Shown: positions 34,634-37,169 of the stretch, piece by piece
Layout of the letters: each line of letters begins with the position of its first letter
How positions within the stretch are numbered: position 1 is the stretch's first letter
Position numbers and translations under genes: made by a program
Source: a virus
DNA length: 37,169 nt
Reading direction: 5' to 3' (one strand)
Virus record (IMG/VR): IMGVR_UViG_3300021960_000008
The notes under the pieces: model-generated
Seen by the model: only the letters and a program-made list of their open reading frames with translations
Databases searched by the model: none
Told to the model about the DNA's origin: nothing

Positions 34634-34875
34634 TGGATATAATGGAAACACTTAAAAAATACATAGCCCTTGTAGGTATCGTGACTACTATAGGTGGAGG
34701 ATTTTATGCCTGGGGTGTATTTAATAATAGACTTGACGAACTAGAACAATCTACTAATACTAAAACTGTTAAAAGTATGCAGAAAGAAATAGCTGTGTTA
34801 GAAAAAAGAGTAGCAGTATTAGAATCTAGCCTTAATGAATTCAAGATTACAATACAAAACCCACTAAAAAATTAA
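34633..34875 (+). CDS. Single-pass membrane protein with a coiled-coil tail
   Basis: 80 aa with TM segment YIALVGIVTTIGGGFYAWGVF, then a heptad-like LDELEQ...VLEKRVAVLESSL. Confidence 0.5.
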   Translation: MDIMETLKKYIALVGIVTTIGGGFYAWGVFNNRLDELEQSTNTKTVKSMQKEIAVLEKRVAVLESSLNEFKITIQNPLKN

Positions 34876-34884
34876 GGAGGTATC

Positions 34885-35079
34885 ATGGCTTTAGATAAAG
34901 AGAAGATTAAAGAAGAGTTAAAAGAATTTTCTGAAGATGCAGCAGAAGTTATTGGAGATGCACTTAAAAAACATTTCTGGAAATCTGTGAAAGCAGCATG
35001 GAAAGGTTTTTCTGTTATCCAAAAACTATATGTAGTTGCAATTTTTGGAGCTTATTCTTATTTACTATATTGGATTTAA
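34885..35079 (+). CDS. Small tail-anchored membrane protein
   Basis: 64 aa with RBS AAGGAGG. The N-terminus is charged and the C-terminal TM segment is LYVVAIFGAYSYLLYWI. Confidence 0.5.
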   Translation: MALDKEKIKEELKEFSEDAAEVIGDALKKHFWKSVKAAWKGFSVIQKLYVVAIFGAYSYLLYWI

Positions 35080-35774
35080 ACTAACTTGCCTATCCAGTTT
35101 CCTTTATTATCAAGAACCATAGGAAACAGTTTAGGTATTCCATCTATAATCATACCACAGCCTAGTATGAATCTAGTTTTAAAATTTTTAGCATAGGCAA
35201 ATGCTAGGCTTTTTTGATTTATAAGACATCCTACACTCATACCCCAAAATAAATTGTCAGGGTTTGCCCACCATGATATTAAAAATTTAGTGTGATAGTG
35301 TCCTTGTACTGCATTCATTCCCATAGTTTGTGATACCTTTAAGACATCTGCTGCCCTGCCATGTGTAAAGAAACACCTTTGTTTGTTAGGTAAAGTAATA
35401 GTTAAATCATCTTGCCAAGTCCATTTCTTTGTACCTAAAAACTCACCATAAGTTCTAAGAAACATACGACTCATACCAGATTTCAATGCCCTACGATATA
35501 CCATAGAACTATGATTAGATTCTACTTCTATTACTTTTGGAAAAATGTTTTCCAATTCATGCACATACTCTTTTGCTTTAGCAAGTTCATCACCAGGACT
35601 AGGCAAGTCAGGGTCATGGTCGTGCATAGACATAGCATGAAAATCTAATAGGTCGCCAATGTTAACAATAAAATCTGGCTTAAATTGTTTTTTAATTTCT
35701 TTAAGAAATGCAAAAGCATCTTTATGGTGATACGGAATATGTAAGTCACTGATGACTAGTATTCTTTTATACAC
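35076..35774 (-). CDS. Calcineurin-like metallophosphoesterase
   Basis: 232 aa with MPP motifs ISDLHIPYHH (DxH), NIGDLLD (GD), ESNHS (GNH-like), THGR and QGHYH. It uses a GTG start with no clear SD. Confidence 0.8.
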   Translation of the reverse strand: MYKRILVISDLHIPYHHKDAFAFLKEIKKQFKPDFIVNIGDLLDFHAMSMHDHDPDLPSPGDELAKAKEYVHELENIFPKVIEVESNHSSMVYRRALKSGMSRMFLRTYGEFLGTKKWTWQDDLTITLPNKQRCFFTHGRAADVLKVSQTMGMNAVQGHYHTKFLISWWANPDNLFWGMSVGCLINQKSLAFAYAKNFKTRFILGCGMIIDGIPKLFPMVLDNKGNWIGKLV

Positions 35775-35802
35775 ACTTTAATAATAACATAAGTTATCCA
35801 CA

Positions 35803-36066
35803 TTAATCAACAGGCTTGTCGTAATCGTTTTCAAAACATTCGTTAGTACAATAAACATATTCTTGGTTGTTATGCAAAATAACTTTTAGTGGTCCTTTGC
35901 AAGTTGGACAATAATAATATTCATATCCATCTATTTCTACAACAGAACCAACTGGTGCTTCTTGCACATAATTTTTAATTTTATATTTTGGATTATATGC
36001 TTTTATATAATCTTTGCTTTTTTCAACACTGCTCTTACTTTTTCTAAGTAAACGATTGCATCCCAT
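35803..36066 (-). CDS. Small zinc-ribbon protein
   Basis: 87 aa with CPTCKGP...CTNEC. It overlaps the upstream gene by 64 nt, and I saw no alternative in-frame start. Confidence 0.5.
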   Translation of the reverse strand: MGCNRLLRKSKSSVEKSKDYIKAYNPKYKIKNYVQEAPVGSVVEIDGYEYYYCPTCKGPLKVILHNNQEYVYCTNECFENDYDKPVD

Positions 36067-36380
36067 AACTCTTCTTGGACATCATCAACCCATTCGTTAA
36101 ATGGTTTTTTAGCATGGTCCATCTCTATTTTATATTTTATCAGTCCTTCATTTGACCTTTCTGACATTCGTTGCAAAAGTTTACGCACCATTCTGTCTTT
36201 GGTTGCTACAAAAGGCCTGGTTATTTTTTCATCTTTCATGTTACAATATAATATAAGATTGGCAACGAAGAAAGCAAACGAGAGTGGCACTACCGACCAA
36301 TCTTCTTTAAAATGCTGTCTTAGTATCCATGTAATAACTACAGAACTGACTAACAGGACAATAGTTTTGACATCGTACAT
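36003..36380 (-). CDS. MazG-like / small all-alpha NTP-pyrophosphohydrolase-like protein, possibly with two N-terminal TM segments
   Basis: The C-terminal LLQRMSERSNEGLIKYKIEMDHAKKPFNEWVDDVQEELWDAIVYLEKV resembles phage MazG/DUF550-type domains. The ATG at 36380 has RBS GGAGAGG but overlaps the nuclease gene by 74 nt. An alternative ATG at 36239 lacks an SD. Confidence 0.5.
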   Translation of the reverse strand: MYDVKTIVLLVSSVVITWILRQHFKEDWSVVPLSFAFFVANLILYCNMKDEKITRPFVATKDRMVRKLLQRMSERSNEGLIKYKIEMDHAKKPFNEWVDDVQEELWDAIVYLEKVRAVLKKAKII

Positions 36381-37169
36381 CCTCTCCTTTTCTATGTATT
36401 ATAGTAATTTCTTTACTGTCTTGCAAACCTTTATCTTTTAGATATTGATTAGCTTGTTCTCTCGTAGGTAATACACGCAGTGCAGACTTACGATTAGTTT
36501 TCATTATTGCAAATGAATCTTCTTTGCGCCATCTTTCTTGTGGTGTGCAAAGAGGATATTCTTCAGCTTTTGCAGCTTCTTGATGTATTTTGATTCTTTC
36601 TTTAATAAATAATGCTTGTTCTTCATGTGTCCACCTTCTTATAGGTATCATTACAACCTGTTGTCTAGGGTAGTTATCTGACTGCATAACTCGTAGCTTA
36701 GACCAATCTCTTAGTATAGCCATGATAGACAATGATTGCACTTCTATAAGTTTGTTTTTTTTGTTTTGCAATAACTTCGGGTTATGATAGCATAAAAAAT
36801 CTAAAATGTTTAGTTGCTGTTCCCATTCTGTTTTACCATTTTGCAAAGCATCTAATGCAGTCCAAGCTGATGTAACTTTAAAATCAATAAGCTCACCTTT
36901 GCCTGTAAGATAATCAAATTGACCACTCATAGTCCAATCGTTAGTTTCTGGGCCTTCGTAAAACAATCTCATTTCTGCAATATCGTTTTCAGTTACGGCT
37001 CTTTCTATTACAGAATGAACTGATTGGCCAAGCAAAGTAAAAATTAAGTCAGACACATCTTGCTCTATATATTCTTTGTGTTGTTTTTCTAATGCACGAA
37101 TACGAGCAGGTTTTATTAAGCTTGTAACACTTATATCACTTTCACTACTCGTATAAGAATCATTTTGCA
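36307..37169 (-). CDS. PD-(D/E)XK (Cas4/RecB-like) exonuclease, main body; its 5' end wraps to 176..1
   Basis: Motifs are GQFDYL (D) and ELIDFKVT (ExK). The C-terminal Cys cluster is C-x3-C-x5-C (RCQNYCPVSQFC). The reading frame stays open to the window end and continues through the terminal repeat, giving 303 aa in total. Confidence 0.75.
   Translation of the reverse strand, partial: QNDSYTSSESDISVTSLIKPARIRALEKQHKEYIEQDVSDLIFTLLGQSVHSVIERAVTENDIAEMRLFYEGPETNDWTMSGQFDYLTGKGELIDFKVTSAWTALDALQNGKTEWEQQLNILDFLCYHNPKLLQNKKNKLIEVQSLSIMAILRDWSKLRVMQSDNYPRQQVVMIPIRRWTHEEQALFIKERIKIHQEAAKAEEYPLCTPQERWRKEDSFAIMKTNRKSALRVLPTREQANQYLKDKGLQDSKEITIIHRKGEDVRCQNYCPVSQFCSYYMDTKTAF
37043..37169. repeat. Terminal direct repeat, copy 2 (identical to 1..127)
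   Basis: Direct comparison with the window start shows an exact match. Confidence 0.95.

Overview
The first 127 nt (1..127) are identical to the last 127 nt (37043..37169), so this window is one complete, circularly closed genome of 37,042 unique bp. It is an AT-rich tailed phage with T7-supergroup podovirus gene order. A late block on the + strand (7567..35079) encodes TerS, TerL, small basic proteins, a T7 gp8-type portal, scaffold, major capsid, gp11-like and gp12-like tail tube proteins, three internal/ejection proteins, a tail fibre, a glycine-rich protein and a membrane/secreted (lysis?) cluster. One of the ejection proteins is about 2,747 aa. Three early blocks flank it. The first (945..5059, +) holds a Cro-like HTH, an iteron region, DUF1376, a RepB'-type primase, an SF2 helicase, a Ref-like HNH nuclease and a lone ATP-cone protein. 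The second (6894..5137, -) holds small, often acidic ORFs. The third (847 through the junction to 35076, -) holds a DUF669 SSB, a Cas4-like nuclease, a MazG-like protein, a Zn-ribbon protein and a metallophosphoesterase. I saw no RNA polymerase, family A/B DNA polymerase, integrase, tRNA, CRISPR array or recognisable endolysin. From memory the architecture resembles HTVC010P-type marine podoviruses, which I cannot verify here. The items most worth follow-up are the giant ejection protein with an HExxH module, the twin conserved-loop hairpins in the capsid leader, the GNAT gene nested between two paralogous small genes, the lysine-rich protein trio, the iteron region, and the G-free tract upstream of terS.
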